DNA of 64,000 bases, taken from a virus. This document shows positions 1 to 8,580 of the stretch, in pieces. A model generated the notes under the pieces. It was not told where the DNA came from, did no database searches, and worked only from the letters and a program-made list of their open reading frames with translations. The position numbers and the translations under genes are program-made. Where the stretch lies: positions 4,343-68,342 of the IMG/VR virus record IMGVR_UViG_3300047494_000104. One strand, 5' to 3'. Every line of letters starts with the position of its first letter. Within the stretch, counting starts at the first letter, position 1.

Positions 1-139
1 ACTCGGAATATGCCAATTATAGCTACAACGGGCAGGAAAGAACGCCTGATGAGGTAGACGACACTGGGAGCGTAGGATTTTGGCATTACGGTCCTCACCG
101 CTACGAGATCCACCACGGAACGGACCGCGACATCATCCA

Positions 140-2023
140 ATGACGCTTAGCGATCTCCAATGGCGGTTGTTGTATCACAGCAATTTGCTGGTGCAGGAGT
201 CGCTTCGCCAGAGCAACGCCGCGCTGACGAGCATCCTTGAGCCCAGGGCGACCGGAGACGTCTGGCGATGGCTCGAGGCCAACACCTACCTCGACGAGAA
301 GGAGACGGCCAACCCCGGCCAGTATTCCACCAAGCTGACGCCCTACGTGCGCGAGCCGATGGACTGCTTCGGGGATAGGTCGGTCACCGATCTGACGCTC
401 TGCTGGGGCACGCAGACGAGCAAAAGTCTCACCCTTCGGGGCGGGATGGCTTACCGCATCGTCAACGATCCGTGCGCGATGCTCTGGGTGATGCCGAATA
501 CGGACTTGGCCAAGTCCTTTGCGCAAAACCGATGGATGCCCTTCGTGGACTACTGCGCGCCGCTGAAGGCCCAGAAGCCCACCGGCACCGGCGCCCGGAC
601 GCTCTACAAGCGCACGGAGCAGTCGTTTACCAAGGCTACGGTGCATTGGGCCGGGTCTAATTCGCCGGCCAACATTGCGAGCTGGCCCGCCGGTTTCCTC
701 GTGATGGATGAGGTCGACAAGTTCGCGGTGGAGACCGATGACGAGGCCGGCGCGCTTGAAAACGCCGAGGAGCGCACAAAGACGTTCCCGTACCCGCTCC
801 GGGTAAAGGCCAGCACGCCGACGACGAAGGACGGCATGATCTGGATTGAGTTCCTCATGGGGGACCAGCGCTACTACCACATGCCGTGCCCGCATTGCGC
901 GAAGGAGATCACCTTCAAACACGCGCAGTTGAAATGGTTCGACGTCGAGGAAGGCGAATCCCAGACGGATGGGGAGTGGGACATGCGGAAGGTAAAGCGG
1001 AATGCTTTCTATCGATGCCAAGAGTGCCAGGGCAAGATCCTCGATCGGCACAAGGCCGAGATGCTGGACAAGGGCCGGTGGATCGCGATGAACCCGCTAG
1101 CGGAACAGGGCCGTCGCAGCTACCACCTCAATTCCCTCTATGCCCCGTGGCGCGATTGTATGTTCGGCGCGATCGCGGTGAAGTGGATCCAGTCGATGGG
1201 CAAGCGGTCCAAGCGGCACAACTTCATCAACTCGATGCTGGCCGAGCCGTGGGACGAGTCGCGCATGTTCGACGATGCCGAGATCCCGGTGTTTCCGTAC
1301 GACGCGGATCAGATCGCGGTCGCCGGCGGCCGCGTGCCGACCATGTTTATCGACATCCAAGAGAAGGAATACTGGACGGTCATTCGGTCATGGGACCGGA
1401 CCGGGGAGAGCTATATGCTCTATGCGGGCCGGGTAGAAGACGAGGCGGACCTTGTCGCGCTGCAGGCAAAGTACCGCGTGGATGGCCGATGCGTCGCCGC
1501 GGACATGGCGCACTGGCCGAACAGGGCAGCGCAGATGATTGTGCGCAACGGGTGGCGCGGGCTATGGGGCTCCGACAAGGTGCACTTCCAGCACACGATG
1601 GAGAACGGGGACAAGGTCTACATGTACTATGGCAGGACCGAGCGGCGCGATCCGTACTTGGGCACCGTGCGCCAGTCCGAGACGAACCCGCGCGCGATCT
1701 GGAAATATTGGAGCAATCCGTCATTCAAGGACATGCTCAAGGAGCTGATGGACGAGGAGACGTCTCGGTTCCACGTTCTCTCAACGGTATGCCCGGAGTA
1801 CCCGAAGCACATGAACGCCGAGATCAAACTGTTCAAGGAAGATCGCTATGGCCGGATGGTCGGTTACTGGAAACAGATCCGCAAAGCGAATCACCTGCGC
1901 GATGGCGAGCTGGGATGCCTGGCGATCGCAATCATCAACAAGATCATTGAGGACGTGGAGATTCCGTCGCCGACGGTTCGGCCGGTTCAAGGTCGACCGG
2001 CGCAGATGCAGGCAGCGGCATAA
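140..2023 (+). CDS. terL: Terminase large subunit, lambda GpA family
   Basis: TPYVREPMD, Walker A-like WGTQTSKS, Walker B LVMDEVD, STPT, GDQRYYHMPCPHC, CxxC, SYHLNSLY, C-terminal NHLRDG. ATG at 140 preferred to the ORF-track start at 80. Confidence 0.95.
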   Translation: MTLSDLQWRLLYHSNLLVQESLRQSNAALTSILEPRATGDVWRWLEANTYLDEKETANPGQYSTKLTPYVREPMDCFGDRSVTDLTLCWGTQTSKSLTLRGGMAYRIVNDPCAMLWVMPNTDLAKSFAQNRWMPFVDYCAPLKAQKPTGTGARTLYKRTEQSFTKATVHWAGSNSPANIASWPAGFLVMDEVDKFAVETDDEAGALENAEERTKTFPYPLRVKASTPTTKDGMIWIEFLMGDQRYYHMPCPHCAKEITFKHAQLKWFDVEEGESQTDGEWDMRKVKRNAFYRCQECQGKILDRHKAEMLDKGRWIAMNPLAEQGRRSYHLNSLYAPWRDCMFGAIAVKWIQSMGKRSKRHNFINSMLAEPWDESRMFDDAEIPVFPYDADQIAVAGGRVPTMFIDIQEKEYWTVIRSWDRTGESYMLYAGRVEDEADLVALQAKYRVDGRCVAADMAHWPNRAAQMIVRNGWRGLWGSDKVHFQHTMENGDKVYMYYGRTERRDPYLGTVRQSETNPRAIWKYWSNPSFKDMLKELMDEETSRFHVLSTVCPEYPKHMNAEIKLFKEDRYGRMVGYWKQIRKANHLRDGELGCLAIAIINKIIEDVEIPSPTVRPVQGRPAQMQAAA

Positions 2024-2299
2024 TACCGATCCGTTTAAAATCCCCACGCAGCCGGCATGTTTGAAACTGGCAGAACTGTCGGAAGGAAAAGGTGTTTTTT
2101 AGGATGTCACCCGTCGTAAGATTTTGGACAAAGTAAAAATCAAAGGAGATTTGTCCACGATGGATTTCCCCTTCCGTCTCGCCTCCTTTCGGAAGACGAC
2201 CGACTAGGAAGTGAGGCTTTGCGTTTTCGGGAACGTGAACCACATAAAGCAGCTCTCCGCTGGCGTAGCCCGCTATAGTGTTGGCGATAAAAGCATCGA

Positions 2300-2686
2300 T
2301 CATAACCCCATCGCTCGCTTGAGTTTTTTCGCCTTGTCGCGCTCGGATACCGCCTGCAGCATCTTCTCTTTGAGCGGCCAAGCCCTCTTGTTCATCATCT
2401 CCAGCTCTCGAAACGTCATAGTGGAATGGATGACCTTGCCCTCTATGACGTCGAGAACGTATTTGATCTTTGGGTTGCCCTCGCTAAAATCCTGATGCCT
2501 GATTGATCGCTTCGAGAACTCGGTCCACTTCATCCAAGGCTGGTGGAAAGCAGTCTCCTCCTCGTACATGAGCAACCAGTATCGCGGAGTCTTGAGAGTG
2601 ATCTCCTTGATGTCGCCCTTGCTCGGGTTCGTGAACATCGTTTTCATGGAGCCGCATTCGTGGCCGGTTCGATTGGCTGATTCCAC
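2300..2686 (-). CDS. Hypothetical protein
   Basis: Last ORF of the tightly packed minus-strand operon; start uncertain. Confidence 0.55.
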   Translation of the reverse strand: MESANRTGHECGSMKTMFTNPSKGDIKEITLKTPRYWLLMYEEETAFHQPWMKWTEFSKRSIRHQDFSEGNPKIKYVLDVIEGKVIHSTMTFRELEMMNKRAWPLKEKMLQAVSERDKAKKLKRAMGL

Positions 2687-2825
2687 TCAAAACGAGTGCC
2701 TTCTCCGTGCGCGGCGTGGTGGTCGATTGCCGACTGGCGCATGCCGTCCAGGCTGATTCCGAATCCGAAAAAAAAGCTGACCATAGCGATGATGACGCAA
2801 AGCAAGACTGTCTCTGTTGTTGTTT

Positions 2826-3071
2826 TCATATTTTTCCTTGTAGCCTCAAAAAAACAAATTGATGGCGGGCATAGCGCTTGGCGCACCGACGTCCGCAAAG
2901 CTTGGCGAAAAATTCATCGTTTGTTTTGCAGGTTATTTTGACCGAATCGCTCGCGCCCTCGATGCGTTCCAAGAGGTAGCAATGGCAGACGCGCAGATGT
3001 CGGCAGTTGTCACAAACGTACTCCTGTCCGCCAGTCATCTTGCGCACTCTGTACCCGAAATGCAGGCTCAC
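2826..3071 (-). CDS. Small Cys-rich (Zn-binding) protein
   Basis: CDNC ... LCGRRCAKRY; 4-nt overlap with the upstream ORF. Confidence 0.6.
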   Translation of the reverse strand: MSLHFGYRVRKMTGGQEYVCDNCRHLRVCHCYLLERIEGASDSVKITCKTNDEFFAKLCGRRCAKRYARHQFVFLRLQGKI

Positions 3072-3315
3072 TTTTCCTTTCGAGTCCCGCGCAGCCGGCG
3101 GATGCCCTTCACGCGCACTTTGGAGTCAGGAGCAAGTTCAGCCGACAGCGCATTGCCCCACAACTTCACGCGAAGGAATTTCGTGTTTAGCAGCTTCCGC
3201 ATGGCGATGACGATGACGTTTTCTTGGTCGAGGGCGATGTCCAGCTCAAGCTCGCCGTATTCCTTGTGGTCGAGTTTGAATCGGCCCTCGATGTACTTTT
3301 TGCCGGGCGCGTTTT

Positions 3316-3319
<4 letters not shown>
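3068..3319 (-). CDS. Hypothetical protein
   Basis: ATGA overlaps with both neighbours. Confidence 0.6.
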
Positions 3320-3677
<358 letters not shown>

Positions 3678-3681
<4 letters not shown>

Positions 3682-4043
3682 TGGCCGTCCTCGATGAATT
3701 TCAGAAACGTTTTTTCCGAGGCCGGCGTCGTGGGAATTAACTCGATCGCGGAAGTCAGATAAACCTCGCCGGTGCGGTTGAGGCGGCCGCCCTTGATCCC
3801 TTGGCTTGCGACGACGGAAAGCGAAAGTCCGCCGCCTTCCCACTTCCATAAGCGGAGCGCATTCTTCAGGTAGATCTCGTCGCCCTCGATCATCTCGACG
3901 TCGCCAATGTGGACGCCGGCGCCATAGCAGCGCACGAGGCAGCGGCGACCGAGCATGGGATGCTTCTTGTTACCGCGTTCCGAGATGCGAAGGTCGGCCA
4001 GCAATGACCGGACTTCTTTGATGGTTAATTGGTCGATGTTCAT
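3678..4043 (-). CDS. DUF6948-like protein (possible Sm-like fold)
   Basis: GRRCLVRCYGAGVHIG...LKNALRLWKW..GLSLS.VA..G...AIELIP pattern; start MNIDQLT at 4043. Confidence 0.7.
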
Positions 4044-4197
4044 AATTCTCCATCCGTATCGCGTTCCTGCGCGATTCCTACCTGAAAGCCGCTGTCCCAT
4101 TGGAGGTGATCCGTGGTGCCGTCAGGGTAGGGATTGCGATCGGATTCCGCGGCGTAACTGGCGATCAGGCCCGCTTCGTAGCCTTCTTGGTAGGGGC

Positions 4198-4938
4198 TCA
4201 CGATTTGTTAACCTCGAGCGTGATCGTGTTGACCATCGTGCCGGAGGATTTGAACGAGCCGGCCGGGTTTTCGTGGATGAACCAGACGTAGCAGCCGGCG
4301 GCGCGCATCTTATCGGTGAACTTCTGGAAAGCGGCGCTCGTGGTATTGCCCGCCATGATGGAAACGAGCTTACCTCCATCGTGCAGCCATTCCAGCGCCC
4401 GGAGGACGTGCTTGATGTCGTGGCCCTTGGTAAAAGGCGGGTTCATCACCACGCGCTCGACCTTGGACCGAGGCATCTCGAGGAAGTCCATCTCGCAGTA
4501 GAGAAGCCCTTTGCTCTCCAGAACCTTGCACGCGACGGGATCCTTCTCGACGCACTTCACCCAGCGCGCGCCAGCTTGCACGCAGAGCATCGCCAGCGCC
4601 CCGTGACCGGCCGACGGCTCGAGCACCGTGCGTTCTTCCACGTTCGCCAGCTCGACGACGTAGGCTGCCAATTCCGGCGGGGTGTAGAACGCCTGGTTCG
4701 CTTGCTGGATGCTGGTGGACTCGCCGGTCTCGAGGACCATGCCGAGCAGCGGCCGCGGATCGGAAACGAAAACGTGCGCCTTCGCGCCGCGATTCCATTT
4801 GCCGCCGGCGTTGGTCAGCACCTTGTTGACGCGCTCGTAAAGGCCGCGGTCGAGTTGTTGAGGGAGAACGACGCTATTTGCGCCGATGGTGGAGCGCTCG
4901 AGGACTGAGCGCACGTCGGGTGTCAGTGTGGTTGGCAT
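4198..4938 (-). CDS. DNA N6-adenine (amino) methyltransferase
   Basis: AFYTP, motif I VLEPSAGHG, motif IV VMNPPF, GSFKSSGTMV. Confidence 0.9.
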   Translation of the reverse strand: MPTTLTPDVRSVLERSTIGANSVVLPQQLDRGLYERVNKVLTNAGGKWNRGAKAHVFVSDPRPLLGMVLETGESTSIQQANQAFYTPPELAAYVVELANVEERTVLEPSAGHGALAMLCVQAGARWVKCVEKDPVACKVLESKGLLYCEMDFLEMPRSKVERVVMNPPFTKGHDIKHVLRALEWLHDGGKLVSIMAGNTTSAAFQKFTDKMRAAGCYVWFIHENPAGSFKSSGTMVNTITLEVNKS

Positions 4939-5028
4939 AAGTTGATGTTCTGAATCTGGCGGGTTCGTGCCATGTCTCGCCGATCGCGAGTTTGGCGAAT
5001 TTTTCGCGGCGTTCCTTGGCTGTGAGTT

Positions 5029-5247
5029 TCACGACTCAACCCGGATGGCGCCGACGACATCGCGATCAGCTTTGATGAGTGACTTGGCGCGGTCGATGTC
5101 CTCGTCGGTGTGATGAGGCTCGCGCAAAATTAGGAAGCCGGCGCCGTCACAGTTTGCCAGCCACCACTCGAAGGCGACTCCGTTATTCGTGACGTCGTGA
5201 TGCTTACGCGCATGGGCAACGCGCTCTTGGATTGTGGGTTCGTTCAT
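5029..5247 (-). CDS. Hypothetical protein
   Basis: Packed 1 nt behind the vWA gene. Confidence 0.55.
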   Translation of the reverse strand: MNEPTIQERVAHARKHHDVTNNGVAFEWWLANCDGAGFLILREPHHTDEDIDRAKSLIKADRDVVGAIRVES

Positions 5248-5248
5248 T

Positions 5249-6430
5249 TCAGTTCACGTCGATGTAGATCATCTCGCCCCACGGGATGATGCCGAATTTG
5301 TTGATCGATCCCCAGAGCACGGGATAGCCGGCAGGCTCGTCATGGGGAAATTGGCCCGCGAGGTCGGTGAGGTAGATAAGAGCGATAGGGTTGATGTCGC
5401 TCGTCTCCACGTAATCGAACACGGGCCGGAAGTCAGTGCCACCACCGCCAACCGCCTTCAGCTCGATCACGTCGCCGGCCTCGTACTCCTTCACCTTGTT
5501 GACCTCGGCGTCGCAGTATATGACGACGAGCTTTTCGGGCAAGCAATCGTCGATAATCCCCTGCATCTCGGAAGCGAAGGCTTGGAGCACCGTATCCGTG
5601 ATGGATCCCGACGTATCGATCGCGACGACGATGGGCCCCATACGCGTCCCGGTCCTGGTCGGCAAGTGAAGGCCGAGATGGATCAGTGACCGCTTGGACT
5701 TGGCAAACGAGTAGTCGTCACCGGCCGCCACGACGTTGAAGAAGTGACGGAGCTGCTCACGCCACGGCACGCGCGGGTCGACGACCTCTTCGATGAGGCG
5801 CTGGAGCATCTGCGGCAGTTTGCCGGCTTGGTTCGCGACGTTGGCCGCCTGGACGACTTTTACCTGCCAGTCGGCTTTCTCTTCCTCGATTTCTTCCGGG
5901 GTGCCTTGAGCCGGCATTACCTCGCCGGGTGACTTGAGTTCTCCCGGCTCATCACCCCCACCGTCGCCCTTACCTGGCGGCTCGACGGGCAGGAGGTTGT
6001 AAATCTCCTCGACACTGAGATTGTCGAAGGCTGGATTAGGCGGGCACCACTTGTCGAGATCGGCCAGCTCGAAGTAATCGCGAAGCTGGGCGTCGCCGTT
6101 GGCAATAGCATGAGCATTCGAGGCCCGCATGACGTTCGCCACCGCGTAGTCGCACGCCTTGTTGTACCGCTTCGGCTCCCTTCCCTCCATGCGGAAGGTG
6201 TGCTGCAGCGCGCCGTGAAGGATGCACTCGCAAATTACCGTCCGCATTTGCTTCTTGGACAGCTTGGCCGCGTGGTCCGGGTTGTACTCGATCTTCTCCC
6301 CGTCCATGCGGAAGGTGGGGATCGCCTTGTTCTCGACCGTCTTCAACGACACCAGCAACGAGCCGAAGAACGGCAGGTCGATGATGATCGTCGCGCGGGC
6401 GAATTCAATGGCTTCGTCGATTGATTTCAT
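5249..6430 (-). CDS. DUF2201-type metallopeptidase-like + vWA domain protein
   Basis: PFFGSL, YNKACDYAVA, MIDAS DTSGSI, GGGGTDFRPVF, YLTD; adjacent to MoxR. Confidence 0.88.
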   Translation of the reverse strand: MKSIDEAIEFARATIIIDLPFFGSLLVSLKTVENKAIPTFRMDGEKIEYNPDHAAKLSKKQMRTVICECILHGALQHTFRMEGREPKRYNKACDYAVANVMRASNAHAIANGDAQLRDYFELADLDKWCPPNPAFDNLSVEEIYNLLPVEPPGKGDGGGDEPGELKSPGEVMPAQGTPEEIEEEKADWQVKVVQAANVANQAGKLPQMLQRLIEEVVDPRVPWREQLRHFFNVVAAGDDYSFAKSKRSLIHLGLHLPTRTGTRMGPIVVAIDTSGSITDTVLQAFASEMQGIIDDCLPEKLVVIYCDAEVNKVKEYEAGDVIELKAVGGGGTDFRPVFDYVETSDINPIALIYLTDLAGQFPHDEPAGYPVLWGSINKFGIIPWGEMIYIDVN

Positions 6431-6590
6431 AGTTTAGCCTGTTGTTCGATTCCAATTTCGGTGAGTTCTGCGATGTCGTTTATCTCGTCGCCGAGAGGCC
6501 CAAATTTAACGAGCTCCAGACAATCCCACTCGCCTTTAATTCGAGCGCGGATTGCCTTGAGGGCTTCGATGGCCGTGAGTTGAGGTCGGT

Positions 6591-7583
6591 TCATGCGAAG
6601 AGGTGGCCGTGCTTAATCAGCCATTGGTTGAACGCCTTGCAGTTGGTCATGTCCAAGTTGCGCACCGCCATGTCCTTCACCGAGCACATCTCGAACTCGT
6701 TGGGCATCCGGCTCAGGTATTGGAACACGTTGTCCGCGTTCTTCGGCGTGACGTGCCGGGCGAGCGCCGTGGCGATGGCATACAAGGGCGCTGGATCCGT
6801 CGGCACCTTGGCCGTCATCGGCTTGGCGAGGATCTCGTCCATCGAGGGCAATTCTTGGTAGACCTTGAGGAAGCCATAGAACTCCGGCGCCGCATGAGGC
6901 CCAACGAACCCGTTCACGATCTGAAGGGACGTCTCGTTGTTGTTCTCCTTCATGTCGTGCGACAAAAACTCCCAGGTCCGAGGGCACGCAAACGGCGTGT
7001 TGTCCTTCCACTTCGCAGGATCGAAGTTCATCAGCATGCCCGGCTTGAAGCGCAGGAACGCGACGATCTCCGGAATGATGCGCCCGGTGTTGGCGCCGTA
7101 TTCCTCGAAGTCCTTCTGGCTGACCTCGAGCGTTTGCATGTTGAGGCGACTGACCAATGCGCTCGGCATTTTGTAGCTCACCGCCCGGTCGGACTGACTA
7201 TTGCCGGCCGCCATGACGCTCCATCCCGGAGGGAGCTCGTACTCGCCCAGCTTCCTGTCCAAGGTAATTTGGTACGCGGCCGCCTGCACCGCTGTCGTTG
7301 CGGCCGTGATTTCGTCGAATAAAACGATTCCCGATCCTTCCGTCGGGAAAAAGTCCGGCGTCATCCAGCGCGTCTTGCCCGTCTTCAGGTCCGGCATCGG
7401 AATGCCGCGGAGGTCGACCGGATCGAACATGTTCAGTCTCACATCTCGAAACTGAATGCCGAGCTCATCCGCGGCTTGCCGGATGATTGATGATTTGCCG
7501 ACGCCGGGCGGCGACATCACCATGAACGGCTGTTTCGATCGGTAAAAACGCTTTGCTGCTTTCTTGAGGTCTTTCGGTCCCAT
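6591..7583 (-). CDS. MoxR-like AAA+ ATPase
   Basis: SPPGVGKS, DPVDLRGIP, VLFDE, AAGN, PRTWE. Confidence 0.92.
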   Translation of the reverse strand: MGPKDLKKAAKRFYRSKQPFMVMSPPGVGKSSIIRQAADELGIQFRDVRLNMFDPVDLRGIPMPDLKTGKTRWMTPDFFPTEGSGIVLFDEITAATTAVQAAAYQITLDRKLGEYELPPGWSVMAAGNSQSDRAVSYKMPSALVSRLNMQTLEVSQKDFEEYGANTGRIIPEIVAFLRFKPGMLMNFDPAKWKDNTPFACPRTWEFLSHDMKENNNETSLQIVNGFVGPHAAPEFYGFLKVYQELPSMDEILAKPMTAKVPTDPAPLYAIATALARHVTPKNADNVFQYLSRMPNEFEMCSVKDMAVRNLDMTNCKAFNQWLIKHGHLFA

Positions 7584-7604
7584 ATGCTTCCTTTGGTTTG
7601 TTGT

Positions 7605-8048
7605 TTACTGCCTGATCACTTTGACGATGGCGGCGAGTTCCTCGAGCGCCTCGTACTTGTCTGCCCAGTCCTGGGCCTCCTGCTTCGCGCGGGTTAAAAT
7701 CTGTTTGCGGAGATTCTTATCCGCCAAGGCTCGCGTTGTACTGACGTAGGCGCGTTCCTGTGCATCATCCTCGCCGCCCAACGTCCTCGAACTGACGAAC
7801 ACGACGCTTTGAAAAGCCCTCACCGGCGCGCCTTCCTCGCGAACGATCATCACCGTTCGTATGAGTTGCCGCGCCTGCCATAGGCGATACTCGCTAGCTG
7901 CCTTGCTGTCGTCCCACTGAAAAAACCTGTGAAGCGGCGAATCGACCGGCTTCGCCTCTTTCACCACCGCTTGCGGCGTTAGGGTGCCGTCCCGTTTTTC
8001 TATCTTATCGAAATAGTTTTTGATGATTTCGTCTTTTGTTTTGCTCAT
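7605..8048 (-). CDS. Small protein directly downstream of the pentamer array (candidate accessory subunit)
   Basis: GTLTPQAVVKEAK...SPLHRFFQWDDSKAA..YRLWQARQLIR; start ATG at 8048 after AAAGGA. Confidence 0.8.
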   Translation of the reverse strand: MSKTKDEIIKNYFDKIEKRDGTLTPQAVVKEAKPVDSPLHRFFQWDDSKAASEYRLWQARQLIRTVMIVREEGAPVRAFQSVVFVSSRTLGGEDDAQERAYVSTTRALADKNLRKQILTRAKQEAQDWADKYEALEELAAIVKVIRQ

Positions 8049-8062
8049 ATTTTTGTCCTTTG

Positions 8063-8580
8063 CTGCCATTCCGTTACACTCCATTCCAACGCGGTCCTGT
8101 CCCGGAGCTTCCTTTCCTATCCAATTCTGCCCATGCGCTACAATGCTCTACGGTTCTCGACGTTACTTGCCGTTCCCTTGCTGCCCATGTTCGCCGGTCC
8201 TGTCCGTCCTGTCCCAGGCTCGACCCTCCAGTCCTATGCTGGCTTGCCGTGCCACGGCTCTCCTCGTCATTGCTCTCGCGTCCTGACCGTTCCGGTACTG
8301 CCCGTGCGTGCGATGCCATGCCTTTCCCTAGCTCTGCTCTCCAGTCCTTTACTGCCACTTCCCGACATTGCCCTCCACCCTCTCGATTCCAAGACGGTCG
8401 ATTCCAGTGCTGGCTTTCCGGGCCTTACCTTGCCGCTCACAGCGATTTCCCGCCCCGCCTCTGCTGGCATTCCTTTCCACTGATTCCGGTCCACTTCCCG
8501 CCGGTGCTGTGCTTTCCTTTACTGCCTATCCACTACACGGGTGGCCAATTCATTGCCCACCCATCCCTTTCCCGCCTTTT
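8063..8580 (-). ncRNA. Array of 9 candidate guide RNAs (5-nt period GNA/GNC-NN, each unit ending GGCAG/GCCAG); VIPR-like
   Basis: Unit ends at + strand 8063, 8127, 8181, 8239, 8298, 8352, 8410, 8464, 8522; by hand count 76 of 85 full pentamers start with G and 31 start with GGA. Confidence 0.88.

Noticed and set aside
8063-8580. Classical CRISPR array
   Set aside because: No identical 25-40 nt direct repeats and no cas1/cas2; the constant part is only a triplet per pentamer plus GGCAG.
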